Of a stretch of 64,000 nucleotides of DNA, positions 41,911-52,055 are shown in pieces; position 1 is the stretch's first letter; every line of letters starts with the position of its first letter. The DNA is from an uncultured Solirubrobacterales bacterium. Lineage in GTDB: Bacteria; Actinomycetota; Thermoleophilia; Solirubrobacterales; Solirubrobacteraceae. The translations under genes were made by a program, and so were the position numbers. The stretch covers positions 612,520 through 676,519 of the forward strand of contig CAWGZH010000002.1 in the NCBI GenBank assembly GCA_963827045.1, read 5' to 3'. The notes beneath the pieces were generated by a model that made no database searches, had not been told where the DNA came from, and saw only the letters and a list, made by a program, of their open reading frames with translations.

Positions 41911-44646
41911 ATGGGGTCAGCAGGAGTAACTGCCCGCGATTGCGGCGCTGGTTGGGCTAGCGGTGGGCGCTTCGCGAGAGAAGGCGACACGCAGCAGCAC
42001 GAGCCCATCGGGCGCAGGCTCCGGCGATTTTTCCTGGTAGTGATGGCAGTGTCCCTCGTGGGACCAAACGCTGCGATGGCGTCTAATCCCCTAGTTCTCG
42101 CGGCGAGATTTGGCGACGACGTCAATGAAACGACCCACGGCACGATCTGTACCGCGTCGGAAGTCGAAAGTGAAGGCGTGACATGCGGGCTGGGCATCGA
42201 AGGGTCAGAGGGCGGGGACTTCAAGGAACCTGGGCATGTCGCGGTAGACGAAACGTCTGGAAATGTATTCATCGCGGACGAAAGCAACAATCGCGTACAG
42301 GAGTTCACACCCAACGGGGTGTTTGTCTTGACCTTCGGGCTCGAAGTTAACGAGACCAAGGACGACACTGCCGGCGCTGCCGGCGCCGAAAGGGATATCT
42401 GCACGGCGGCTTCGGGCAACACATGCACAAGTGGCGCTGCCGGATCAGGGCTGGGCGAGTTCGATCGGCCTACGGGTGTCGCCGTAGACAACTCATCAGG
42501 GCCGTTGGCGGGCTCTGTCTACGTGACGGACTTCAACAATAATCGAGTTCAGGTGTTCTCGACGGCCGGGGCGTACATCGGCCAATTCGCGGGTACGAAC
42601 GCCCCGAAAGCGTTCCAAGGACCCAGAGCGATCGCGGTGAGTTCGGCGACGGGCGATGTCTACGTAGCCGATCAGGGCAACGAAGTGGTGGATAGTTTCG
42701 AACCGAAGTCGAGCGCCGGGAGCCCCGAATGGTCGTATCTGGCGCAGATTGCGTCGAGTCACATTGAACAGCCGACGAGTGTCGCGGTTGACAGTGCGGG
42801 CACCGTGTATGTCGATAACCGTCGCACGACGGTCTTTGCGTTTAGCGCCAGCGGCGCGTACGAAGGCGAACTTGCCGTGGGAAGCAACGCGCGGGACGTC
42901 GCGGTGAACAGCGCAGGGCAGATCTTTGTACTTGCCCAGCAAGGCAGCGCTGGTGCCAAGATCCTCCAGGAGTACGCCGAGTCCGGCGCGGTCGTAGCCG
43001 AAAGCGGCGCAGCGGCCATTCAAGCGCCTGAAGGGGAAGAATTTTGGCTGGCAGTCAACTCCGCTACCGAAGCCGTGTATGTGGTCGAAGGCTACGGCGG
43101 AAATGCGGTGGACATATTCGCGCCCCAGAACACGGAACCAAGCCCTGGCGTGGTGAGCGGAGCAGCGACCGGCGTGACGGAAGTTGCTGCGACGCTCAAC
43201 GGCGAAGTGGAACCGCGTGGCACGAGCGTGATGGACTACTTCGAATACGGAACCAGCCCTTGCGGCCCCGCGGCGTGCGGAGGCGCAACAGATGCAACGG
43301 GGCCGCTGACCGGCGACACCGTCCAACACGTCTCGGCGACGCTCGGTGGCCTCACGCCCGGGACTACGTATCACTATTGGCTTATAGCACGGAACGGGCA
43401 AGGTGCTGTGCACGGTGAACCGCGGGAATTCACGAGTGCAGTGCCCGCACCTAGGGTGACGACGACCCAGGCAACGAGCGTGACTCAGGGTTCGGCCACG
43501 CTTGGCGGCAACGTCGATCCTCGCGGATCCGCGACGACCTACCGCTTCACCTATGCGAGTGCCTCCGACTGCATGGGAGGCCCTGGTCAGTACGGAGGGC
43601 TGCAATGCACGGTGACCACTGTGCCGGGCTCCACCGCGAGCGCCGAAGCTGGGAGCGCTGGCTCGGCGGTGAGTATCCCCTTGACGGGACTCGCTCCGCA
43701 TACGACTTACTACTACGACATCACGGCTACGAGTAGCGGTGGGACGGTGCAAGGTGTGCCGGCGACGTTCACGACGTTGCCTCTCCCTCCTGAAGCGCAG
43801 ACGCTAGGTACCGGCGACCCGGACGGCACCATGCGGGCAATTTACGGCGCGGTGGACCCGAACGGCTCTGAGACGAAGTACACCTTTCAATACGGCCTAA
43901 CGACGATGTACGGCAACGAAGCGCCCACGCCCGACGGTGATGCAGGGTCGGGAAGCACCGTCGAGGATGTCCAGGCCGAGGCCGTCGATCTCACGCCAGG
44001 TACCACTTACCACTACAGAATCGTCGCCACCAACATTGCTGCAGGAATACCACAAACCGCCTACGGGGCAGACGAGACGTTTGCGGCCACGACGAGCGAA
44101 CCGTACGCTGCGATGCCGGGGGCCAGCACAGGAGCCGTGACAGGTATGTCACAAACGCAGGCCACCTTGACGGGCACAGTCACTCCCGGCGGGTTTCCGA
44201 CGAGCTACTTCTTCGATTACGGGAAGACTCTCTACTACGGGAATGAGGCGCCACTCGGCGGTAGAACCGCGGGGGTCGGGTCCGAGGTGGTTGTTTCGGA
44301 AGCTGTGGCAGGGCTGGAGCCTGGTACGACCTACCACTACCGGCTCGTTGTTAGTAGTCCCGGTGGGACCGCGTACGGCGAAGACGAGACCTTCACCACG
44401 CCCCCGGCTCCGGTAGTCAGCCACCTCAGCACCGCGTCTGCAGGGTCGTCATCGCCGCCGCCGAAGAAAGCGAGGCCCGTGACACGCGCCCAGAAGCTCG
44501 CCAAAGCCCTGGCGACGTGCCACAAGCTGAAGGGAAGCACACGCGAGGCGTGCGAAGCGGGCGCTCGCAAGCGCTACGGCGCCAAGCCCAAGCCGAAAGC
44601 GAAGAAGCCCACCAAGACCACGACAACGACCAAGGGGAGCAGGTAA
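41911..44646 (+). CDS. Secreted NHL-repeat propeller plus four FN3-like domains and Lys-rich Cys-pair tail
   Basis: VAVD...FIADESNNRVQEF NHL repeats; ATL.G.V.P.G...Y.F.YG...L.PGTTYHYR repeats; tail RAQKLAKALATC...CEAGARKRYG. Confidence 0.85.
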   Translation: MGSAGVTARDCGAGWASGGRFAREGDTQQHEPIGRRLRRFFLVVMAVSLVGPNAAMASNPLVLAARFGDDVNETTHGTICTASEVESEGVTCGLGIEGSEGGDFKEPGHVAVDETSGNVFIADESNNRVQEFTPNGVFVLTFGLEVNETKDDTAGAAGAERDICTAASGNTCTSGAAGSGLGEFDRPTGVAVDNSSGPLAGSVYVTDFNNNRVQVFSTAGAYIGQFAGTNAPKAFQGPRAIAVSSATGDVYVADQGNEVVDSFEPKSSAGSPEWSYLAQIASSHIEQPTSVAVDSAGTVYVDNRRTTVFAFSASGAYEGELAVGSNARDVAVNSAGQIFVLAQQGSAGAKILQEYAESGAVVAESGAAAIQAPEGEEFWLAVNSATEAVYVVEGYGGNAVDIFAPQNTEPSPGVVSGAATGVTEVAATLNGEVEPRGTSVMDYFEYGTSPCGPAACGGATDATGPLTGDTVQHVSATLGGLTPGTTYHYWLIARNGQGAVHGEPREFTSAVPAPRVTTTQATSVTQGSATLGGNVDPRGSATTYRFTYASASDCMGGPGQYGGLQCTVTTVPGSTASAEAGSAGSAVSIPLTGLAPHTTYYYDITATSSGGTVQGVPATFTTLPLPPEAQTLGTGDPDGTMRAIYGAVDPNGSETKYTFQYGLTTMYGNEAPTPDGDAGSGSTVEDVQAEAVDLTPGTTYHYRIVATNIAAGIPQTAYGADETFAATTSEPYAAMPGASTGAVTGMSQTQATLTGTVTPGGFPTSYFFDYGKTLYYGNEAPLGGRTAGVGSEVVVSEAVAGLEPGTTYHYRLVVSSPGGTAYGEDETFTTPPAPVVSHLSTASAGSSSPPPKKARPVTRAQKLAKALATCHKLKGSTREACEAGARKRYGAKPKPKAKKPTKTTTTTKGSR

Positions 44647-44706
44647 GCATGGAAGCCTCACACAAACGCCCCCCTCGGACCACCCTAACTACGTTCAAGT
44701 GGCTCT

Positions 44707-44749
44707 GGAGACCGGCATCCAGCCTCCACGCCTTTCGCGGCTCTGTTCC
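44707..44749 (-). repeat. 43-bp inverted repeat, partner at 48198-48240
   Basis: 36/43 identity by manual alignment, mismatches mostly transitions. Confidence 0.7.
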
Positions 44750-45176
44750 CGTCCTAACCGTCTCGCGCGGAGCGCTCACTCCATCATTCGGTCACGACAC
44801 CGAGGGAACGACGCCGTGTGAGGCAGCTAGCACGGGCCTCCGTCCAGTAGGCCCAGTTAGGTGTGGGCACCTGGAGTCCATAGTTTCAGCACCTGCGCGT
44901 CACCCGCTCCCCTCTACCGCCTCTGAGGCGTGCTGGATGAAGCGCCGTGGTAGCAGCGTGACAGCGCGTAGTGAGCGCGCGAGGTTGAAGTCATCAACCC
45001 CTTCTGTATCTTCCGCGACCCGGATGGTCGCGCCCCATGTGACTGCCTGCGATGCCGTAGGTGTCGGCCTGCCGCAAAGCGAGAGCGGTACTTATCGCAG
45101 TCTCCTGTTCCATCCACTCCGAGTTGTGATGTATCTGCGCGACACGACATCGTTCTCGTGGCCTCGTCTTCGAGGA

Positions 45177-48099
45177 ATGGAGCGAGCGCCTCGCGCGAGG
45201 CGGTCTCAAAGAGAACAGAGTCGTGGAGCGGCTAGAGGGAGGCACTGCCTCCCGGTCTCAATATCAATGGTGGCTCTCATCCTCGCTCTCGCCCTACCGG
45301 CTTCCGCCCTCGCCGCCTTCGGCGTCACATCGTTTACTGCCGAAGCGATCAACCAGAACGGCACCCTCGATACCCAAGCTGGATCGCATCCCTTTGAGGC
45401 CACGACATCGTTCATATTCAATCAGGCAGCCGGCGCTAAGTACGACGGCGACGGCGCCGGGAACGTAAAGGATGTCGAATTGGAATTGCCTCCAGGCTTT
45501 ATCGGAAATCCGGACGCTACCCCACAATGTTCTGAGAGCCAGCTCATGAGCGAGAACTGCCCCGCCGATACACAGGTCGGGGTCGTAACGGTGACCTTCG
45601 GCGGGCACCTCGCCGGTCCTGATCGGCAACCCGTATACAACCTCGTGCCGCCGAGCGGGCACCCGGCGGCGTTCGGGTTCCGAGCCGCGCCAACAGGCGC
45701 GGTCGCGTCGCAGCTGCTGGCTAGCGTGAACCCAGCCACCGGAGACCGCCTCGTAGTACGGGCGAGCGATATTCCGACTGGCACGGGCAACGACGGCGTC
45801 CTCCCCACCGTGGCCGTTAACTTCACGTTTTGGGGTATGCCAGCTGACCCGGCGCACAACGCCGAACGCGGGCGGCAATGCGATGAAGAGGCAACCGTTG
45901 GGTACGAACCAGGCTGCGAAGCTGGCAACTCCGGCAGCGACGCGCCGCTGACACCCTTCTTGACCAATCCCACAAGCTGTGCGTCGGGTCCACTGACCAC
46001 GACGCTCCGCGTCGATTCCTGGCAGAACCCGGGCCGGTACCTGACCTATGCCGCCGAATCGCCGCAGCCGACTGGTTGTGGCGCGCTGTCGTTTCACCCG
46101 AGTCTCGTGGTCGAACCCGACGCGACGCAGGCCGACACGCCAACGGGTATGACCTTCCGGGTCAAGGTGCCGCAGGACCCGAACGTTTATGGTCTTGGCA
46201 CGTCGGCACTCGAGGCCGCTTTGGTCACCCTTCCTCGCGGGGTCTCTATTGATCCGAGCGCCGCGAGCGGTCTTGCGGGCTGCACCAACGAAGAGATCGG
46301 CATAGGTACTGAACAGCCAGTGACCTGCCCGGCCGCTTCGAAGCTCGGCACAGTGGAAGTCTTCACTCCGCTGCTGGCAAATGAACCTGACGGCTCGGCG
46401 CCCCTGAAGGGCTCGATCTATCTGGGCACACCTATCCCAGGCGAGGAGTACCGTATTTTTCTCGCGATTGAAGGGCACGGCGTTTCGATCCGCCTGGACG
46501 GACGCGTGTCCGCCGACCCGACGACAGGGCAGCTTGCCGCGACGTTCGCGGAAAATCCGCCGCTGCCGTTCAGCGAACTTGTCCTGCGGTTCTTTAGTGG
46601 CGCTCGCGCGGCGCTCGCTAGCCCTGTCTCCTGCGGCCCCGCGACAACGACGAGTGACCTGACGCCTTATGGTGCGCCGGAAATCCCCGACGCGACTCCT
46701 GCCAGTTCGTTCTCTCCGACGGGGTGCGCGAGCCCGGCGCCGTTCAGTCCGAATATGTCGGCGGGCACGACCAGCAGGCAAGCAGGCTCCTACAGCAGCT
46801 TCACGCTCCAGCTGAGCCGTAGCGACGGCCAGCAATACCTCTCGCAGCTCGCGCCGGTGTCGCTTCCGCCCGGTCTCGTCGGCAACATCTCATCGGCCCC
46901 GCTCTGCGGGGCCGGAGAAGCAGCAGCCGACACCTGCGGTCCCCTCAGTGAGATCGGAACCGTCACCGTGGGGGCAGGGCCAGGACCGGAACCCTTCTAT
47001 CTCGGCGGGCGCGTGTACCTCACCGAAGGCTATGACGGAGACCCCTTTGGGCTCTCGATAGTCGTGCCCGCGATCGCGGGGCCCTACAACCTCGGCACGG
47101 TTGTCGTGCGCGCTGGCGTCAAGGTGAACAACAACGGCTCGGTGACGGTCCACGCAGATCCGGTTCCGACGATCCTAGAAGGCATCCCGCTACGCCTGCG
47201 CTACATCGGGGTCACGCTCGACCGGCCGAGCTTCATGGTCAACCCCACTAACTGCGGTCAGCAGACAATCACCGCCACGGCGCTCGCCCAGCAAGGAGCA
47301 AGCGCGAGCTTGACGAGCGGCTACTTCGCCACCGGCTGCGCCCGACTGCCCTTCAATCCCGTTCTCCTTGCCACCACCGAGGGCAACGCAAGCGCAGCAG
47401 AGAACGGCCACGGAGCGTCCCTGGCGGTGCGGATCATGCAGAGCTCGGGTGAAGCGGACATACGCGCTGTTCACGTTGACCTGCCAAAGGCTCTGCCAGC
47501 CCGGCTCAAGACGCTCAATAAGGCATGCACCGAAGCACAGTTCGCCAGCGATCCCGCCGGTTGCCCGGCCGCGTCGAAGGTAGGCACCGCAGTCGCTCAT
47601 ACACCGTTTCTCCCCGTGCCGCTGCAAGGGCCCGCGATCTTTGTGTCACACGGAGGCGCCGCGTTCCCTGACCTCGTTCTTGTTCTCCAGGGCGACGGGG
47701 TGACGATCAATCTGACGGGGGAGACGTTCATCGCAGAGAAGACCGGCATAACGTCCTCAACGTTCAAGTCGGTCCCCGACGTGCCGATCGGGGGCTTTGA
47801 ACTTGACCTGCCGGAGGCGAGTAACTCTGCATTGGCTGCGGCGCACGGGAGCCTCTGCGACTCGCGGCTGAACATGCCGACCACCATCGAAGCGCAGAAC
47901 GGCAGGCTCATCAAGCAAACCACGAACATCGACGTGACGGGCTGCAAAGCCAAGCCGCCGTCGCGCCCGCAAAAACTCGCCTCAGCCGTTAAGGCGTGCA
48001 AGAAAAACGAGACGGGTGACAGGCGATCCGCCTGCGACGCAGGCGAAGAAGAACTACGGAACGAAAGCCAATGCCACCAGGAACAGGAGGGGCAACTGA
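45177..48099 (+). CDS. Large secreted protein with four LPxG...C-x(n)-CPxxSxxG domains; native stop reached only via a frameshift near 48039
   Basis: Signal peptide to PASALA; the tail QKLASAVKAC...ACD continues as QAKKNYG...RRGN* (TGA 48097-48099) in the +1 frame. Confidence 0.75.
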
Positions 48100-48101
48100 T
48101 C

Positions 48102-50528
48102 ATGCGGACTGCACAGAAATTTGTCCGCCCCTTCGCGGGCTGGACGAAGCGCGATGCTGACAGCCTGAGGTGGCGGAGCGGTCACAAGTTGTACTCAGGA
48201 GCGGAGCTGCGGAAGGCTCGGAGGCTGGACGCCGGTCTCCGTGGCGTGAAGTTCACCGTCGGCCTCGCGCTCGGTGTAGCGATGCTCGGTTGGGCTCGGG
48301 CGAACCCAGCCCTAGGCATGCAAGCGCCCGCCTGTCCCAACGAACAAGTACGCCATGAAAGCAGCATCAACCCTGCAACAGGTCAGCCATATTCAACTGA
48401 ACTACCGGAATGCCGCGCTTATGAGCTGGTGACTCCAGGTAGCCACAACGCCCAAGGCAACACTTTGGGCCTAACTGGGCAAGCGGTAGCGCCGGACGGC
48501 AGTGTTGCCGTCATTCAGTCCATGACCGAGCTGCCTGGGTCTCCCGTCGGGGGCGAGGGCTGGGATATCGCGACACGCGGACCCGATGGATGGGAAATGA
48601 CACCCCTCGAGCCTCCAACTGACGATCCAGACAATGTCCGCACGCAGGCCACGGGTGCCGTGGGCGAAGGCTTTGCGACCGTTTTTCTTGGCGACGATAA
48701 CGACCTGCTGGCAGGTGACGCCGACGCGAACATTGACGATGTGTTCGCCGTGAGCACCGGAGGACTACAAGCCTGGATATCGCAGGGGCCGAGTGGTGGC
48801 GTCGGCGTAGCGCCGGCCCCAAATGTCGGCAACAACGAAGAGTTGGTGGATATCGTTGGTGGAGCCACGCCGGGCCTAAGCCGAGTTGTGTTCCAGACAC
48901 CCTTCGGGGCGCTGATCCCTAGGGACACTCACGCTTACGGCGGGGAGATTTACGACCGGCTTGGCGAGAACCGCACCGAACTGGTCGGGATCCTGCCAGA
49001 CGAATCGGTGCCGATGTGTGGTGCATCGTTGGGAGAGCAGACGAACGGGGGCGTCGGCTACGGCGGCTCGGTCTCGCAAGCCGGCACTACCGTGTTCTTC
49101 GAGAGTCCCGACCCAATCTCGAAGACAACGAGCGTCCAGCGCCCCGGGCTGGAAGCCTGCCCAGTTGGCGCGTGGATGCCACCGCAACTCTACGCGCGGG
49201 TGAACGACACGGAAACAGTGAAGGCGTCGGCCCCCGCGGCTGGCGTCGCCGACCCAAACGGAGAACAGGAATCCCGTTACCAGGCCGCGACACCAGAAGG
49301 CGGTGACGTGCTGTTCACCAGTAAGGGCGAGTTGACGCAGAACGCGAATACCGACGGCGACACCGCCGAAGACTTGTACGAGTACGAAGTCGGTACACAC
49401 CGTTTGACCGACGTGTCTTCCGAGGGCCTGACTGACTCACACGGATCGGCGGTGCAGGGTGTTCTTGGCGCCTCGGAAAACGGACGCGTGGTCTATTTCG
49501 TAGCCCAAGGCAAGCTAACCACTGACGCCACTAGCGGGAACGACAACGTGTACGTATCGGATGCTGGTCAGCTCTCCTACATCGCCGACCTGAGTTCATC
49601 CGATCGTGCCGATTGGGAAGGCGTCAGTCAGGGCCGCACCACTCGGCTCACGCCCGACGGATCGGACCTGCTGTTCTCATCGACCGAGAGCCTTACTGGA
49701 TACGACAACGCCGGTAGGGCCGAGCTCTTTGTCTACGCACTGGGCGTCCCAGGCCTCGCCTGCGTGTCCTGTGGTGCCCCGGGCACCGCAGCGACCGGCG
49801 CCGCCACACTCGGCGGCGCCGGTAACCCTGCCTTTGCGCCTTCCGCAAACATCACTCCGGATGGCAGTTTCGTCCTCTTCGATTCCGAAGACGCACTCAC
49901 CCCAGACACTACGGCCGGGGTCGACGCCGTATACGAGTGGCAAGACGGCATACTTTCCCTCATTGCCCCAGGTGGCCCAACGGGTGCGAGCCTGGTAGGA
50001 GCGAGCACCGACGGCAGTAACGTTTTTTTCAAGACGAGCCAAGCGCTCACGGCACAAGACCAAACTGGAGGCGAAGTCGAGATATATGACGCGAGAGTCA
50101 ACGGTGGCTTCCCATCTCCTCCCACCCCCCCAAAGCAATGTGAATCAATCGCAGAATGCAGAAGTGAAACTACTACCCTTTCTGCTCCGACGATCGCCTC
50201 GCTGACGCCAGGCGCAGTCGGCAACGTGGCGCCGCCTAAGGCGGCGCCACCTGACGCCAAGGTGGCGATCACAAAGCACACCACGAAGTCGGTTTCTGTA
50301 AAAGTGAGCGGAAAGGGTATGGTGAGCCTGGCGGGAGCGGGATTGCGAGCCGTCAGGTTGTCGGTGCGAACAGCCGGCACCTACAACCTCAAACTGTCTC
50401 TGACCGCTCACGAGAAGGCGTTGTTGATAAAGCGGAAGCGTGTGGCAATACGCGTTCGGGTGGAGTTCGTACCGGCCTCTGGGAAGTCCGCCGTCGCGTC
50501 GGTCGCCTTCACTTTGGAGGGCCCTTAG
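48102..50528 (+). CDS. Secreted TolB/WD40-like beta-propeller protein with basic C-terminal domain (currently fused in frame to the upstream gene)
   Basis: AGGAGG before ATG 48102; hydrophobic signal; LPECRAYELVTP and repeated TPDGSxVLF blades. Confidence 0.75.
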   Translation: MRTAQKFVRPFAGWTKRDADSLRWRSGHKLYSGAELRKARRLDAGLRGVKFTVGLALGVAMLGWARANPALGMQAPACPNEQVRHESSINPATGQPYSTELPECRAYELVTPGSHNAQGNTLGLTGQAVAPDGSVAVIQSMTELPGSPVGGEGWDIATRGPDGWEMTPLEPPTDDPDNVRTQATGAVGEGFATVFLGDDNDLLAGDADANIDDVFAVSTGGLQAWISQGPSGGVGVAPAPNVGNNEELVDIVGGATPGLSRVVFQTPFGALIPRDTHAYGGEIYDRLGENRTELVGILPDESVPMCGASLGEQTNGGVGYGGSVSQAGTTVFFESPDPISKTTSVQRPGLEACPVGAWMPPQLYARVNDTETVKASAPAAGVADPNGEQESRYQAATPEGGDVLFTSKGELTQNANTDGDTAEDLYEYEVGTHRLTDVSSEGLTDSHGSAVQGVLGASENGRVVYFVAQGKLTTDATSGNDNVYVSDAGQLSYIADLSSSDRADWEGVSQGRTTRLTPDGSDLLFSSTESLTGYDNAGRAELFVYALGVPGLACVSCGAPGTAATGAATLGGAGNPAFAPSANITPDGSFVLFDSEDALTPDTTAGVDAVYEWQDGILSLIAPGGPTGASLVGASTDGSNVFFKTSQALTAQDQTGGEVEIYDARVNGGFPSPPTPPKQCESIAECRSETTTLSAPTIASLTPGAVGNVAPPKAAPPDAKVAITKHTTKSVSVKVSGKGMVSLAGAGLRAVRLSVRTAGTYNLKLSLTAHEKALLIKRKRVAIRVRVEFVPASGKSAVASVAFTLEGP

Positions 50529-50633
50529 CGTGAGGGCGTAATGCCGCTAAACCGCAGGCTCATCGGGGCGTTGCTTGCTGCGATGTAGCGGCGCTGTGAC
50601 TCGGGTTCGCGCGGTAGTACGTGCTCGAGTACC

Positions 50634-50796
50634 GGGGCGCCACGGCCACTGACCCCGCCGTGGCGCCCCCATTCAGCTTGAGCGTCGCCCTCAACCTCTC
50701 CGGTGACGCTCAGGGTTGGGTGCAGGTGAAGGTCGTCGTGATTCTCGCCTGTTCCCGAATGGGTGCCGTGGCTCGACACCCTCGGCCACGGCACCC
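50634..50796. other. Three consecutive strong hairpins
   Basis: Arms 50634-46/50657-69, 50679-89/50702-12 and 50761-72/50785-96. Confidence 0.6.
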
Positions 50797-51225
50797 AGCT
50801 TTGCCCCCACCAACACCTTCAGCCAGCGCTATGAGCCACAGGAGAGCCGACCGTCCCGCTGGAGACCGTCAAGAGCCGTCTGTGACGGAGGTCATCCAGT
50901 TGGTTGTGTACTACTGGGATATCTCCGATTGGGAGATGCTGGAGATGTCCGCGTGGCTCCTGTGGTCGCTTGCGGATCGCGAACTCAGGCGCTCGCGTGA
51001 GAAACACGCCTGAAACGCGGTGCGACGGCCGATACGTTCGGTGCGTCAGGAGGAAGGGTCTCCAGAGGCCCCGGGATAGTAGTTCCGGGGCCTCGCTTTT
51101 TAGCCCGCAGCGACGTGCACCGCCTAGCACCCTGATAGTGGGTGGCTGGCACAACTAACGCGCGTTAGGCGACACCAACGCCACACGAGCGCGAGGGCGG
51201 GATCACAGACCACTAGGCTGCGGGA

Positions 51226-51930
51226 ATTCGACCGCCACTGACCGTTGCCGTTGCTCAGCCACGATGCCGACCGAAAGACGTGGCCTCAAACGCGCGAGCG
51301 CACGCGAGCCTGATCCGCTCGGTACGCGCGCGTGTGATCGTGTTCCCAGAGCTGTCGTTGACCGGTTACGAGCTTGACGCTGAGCCCGTCTCGCCGGGCG
51401 AGCAGGCGCTGATGAGCGTCGTCGAGGCGTGCGCCGAGGCAAACAGCGTCGCGCTCGTCGGCGCCCCAGTGGCGGGCATCGACGGCCGCCTCCACATCGG
51501 CACGCTGCAGATCGGGCCGGACGGCATCGACGTCGCGTACCGCAAGTGCTACCTCGGTGGCGAGGAGCCGGTCCGCTTCGCGCCCGGCGACGAGCCGGTC
51601 ACGTTCGAGCTCGACGGCTGGCGCATTGGACTGGGAATCTGCAAGGACACCGGCGTCGAGGAGCACATTCTCGCCACCGCAGACCTGGACATTGACCTCT
51701 ACGCTGCCGGTCTCGTCCACCTTCCAAGCGAGCTCGACATGCAAGAGAGGCGTGCTATTCGGATCGCACGCGCGTGCGCTGCATACGTGGCCTTTGCGAG
51801 CTTCGCCGGCCCCACCGGCGGTGGCTTCGATCACACGGCCGGCGTCTCATCGATCTGGTCGCCTCACGGAGCCGCGATCACGCGAGCCGGTTCCCAGCCC
51901 GGGGAGATGGTCCGCGCGACCCTCAGCTAG
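51226..51930 (+). CDS. Carbon-nitrogen hydrolase (nitrilase superfamily); start codon uncertain
   Basis: RPPLTVAVAQP N-terminus, FPELSLTGY (E), YRK (K), GICKD (C). The expected start position reads ATT. Confidence 0.88.
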   Translation: MRPPLTVAVAQPRCRPKDVASNARAHASLIRSVRARVIVFPELSLTGYELDAEPVSPGEQALMSVVEACAEANSVALVGAPVAGIDGRLHIGTLQIGPDGIDVAYRKCYLGGEEPVRFAPGDEPVTFELDGWRIGLGICKDTGVEEHILATADLDIDLYAAGLVHLPSELDMQERRAIRIARACAAYVAFASFAGPTGGGFDHTAGVSSIWSPHGAAITRAGSQPGEMVRATLS

Positions 51931-52055
51931 ATCGGTTGCCGCAGCACGGACAGTCCGGGCAAGCAACTGACGAGAACGGCGTCCTCGACGTTGTTGTACT
52001 CCGAGGTAGCGGCGGATAGGCTCACGGTAGTGACGAACAGGGGGCTCTCGGAGTA

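Noticed and set aside
44517-50528. Single 2003-aa protein as given in the ORF track
   Set aside because: Contains two signal peptides, an internal RBS+ATG and a tail motif completed in the +1 frame; treated as two genes joined by a frameshift.
51930-51942. 13-bp match GATCGGTTGCCGC to the 330-bp repeat
   Set aside because: Too short, and does not extend on the 3' side.
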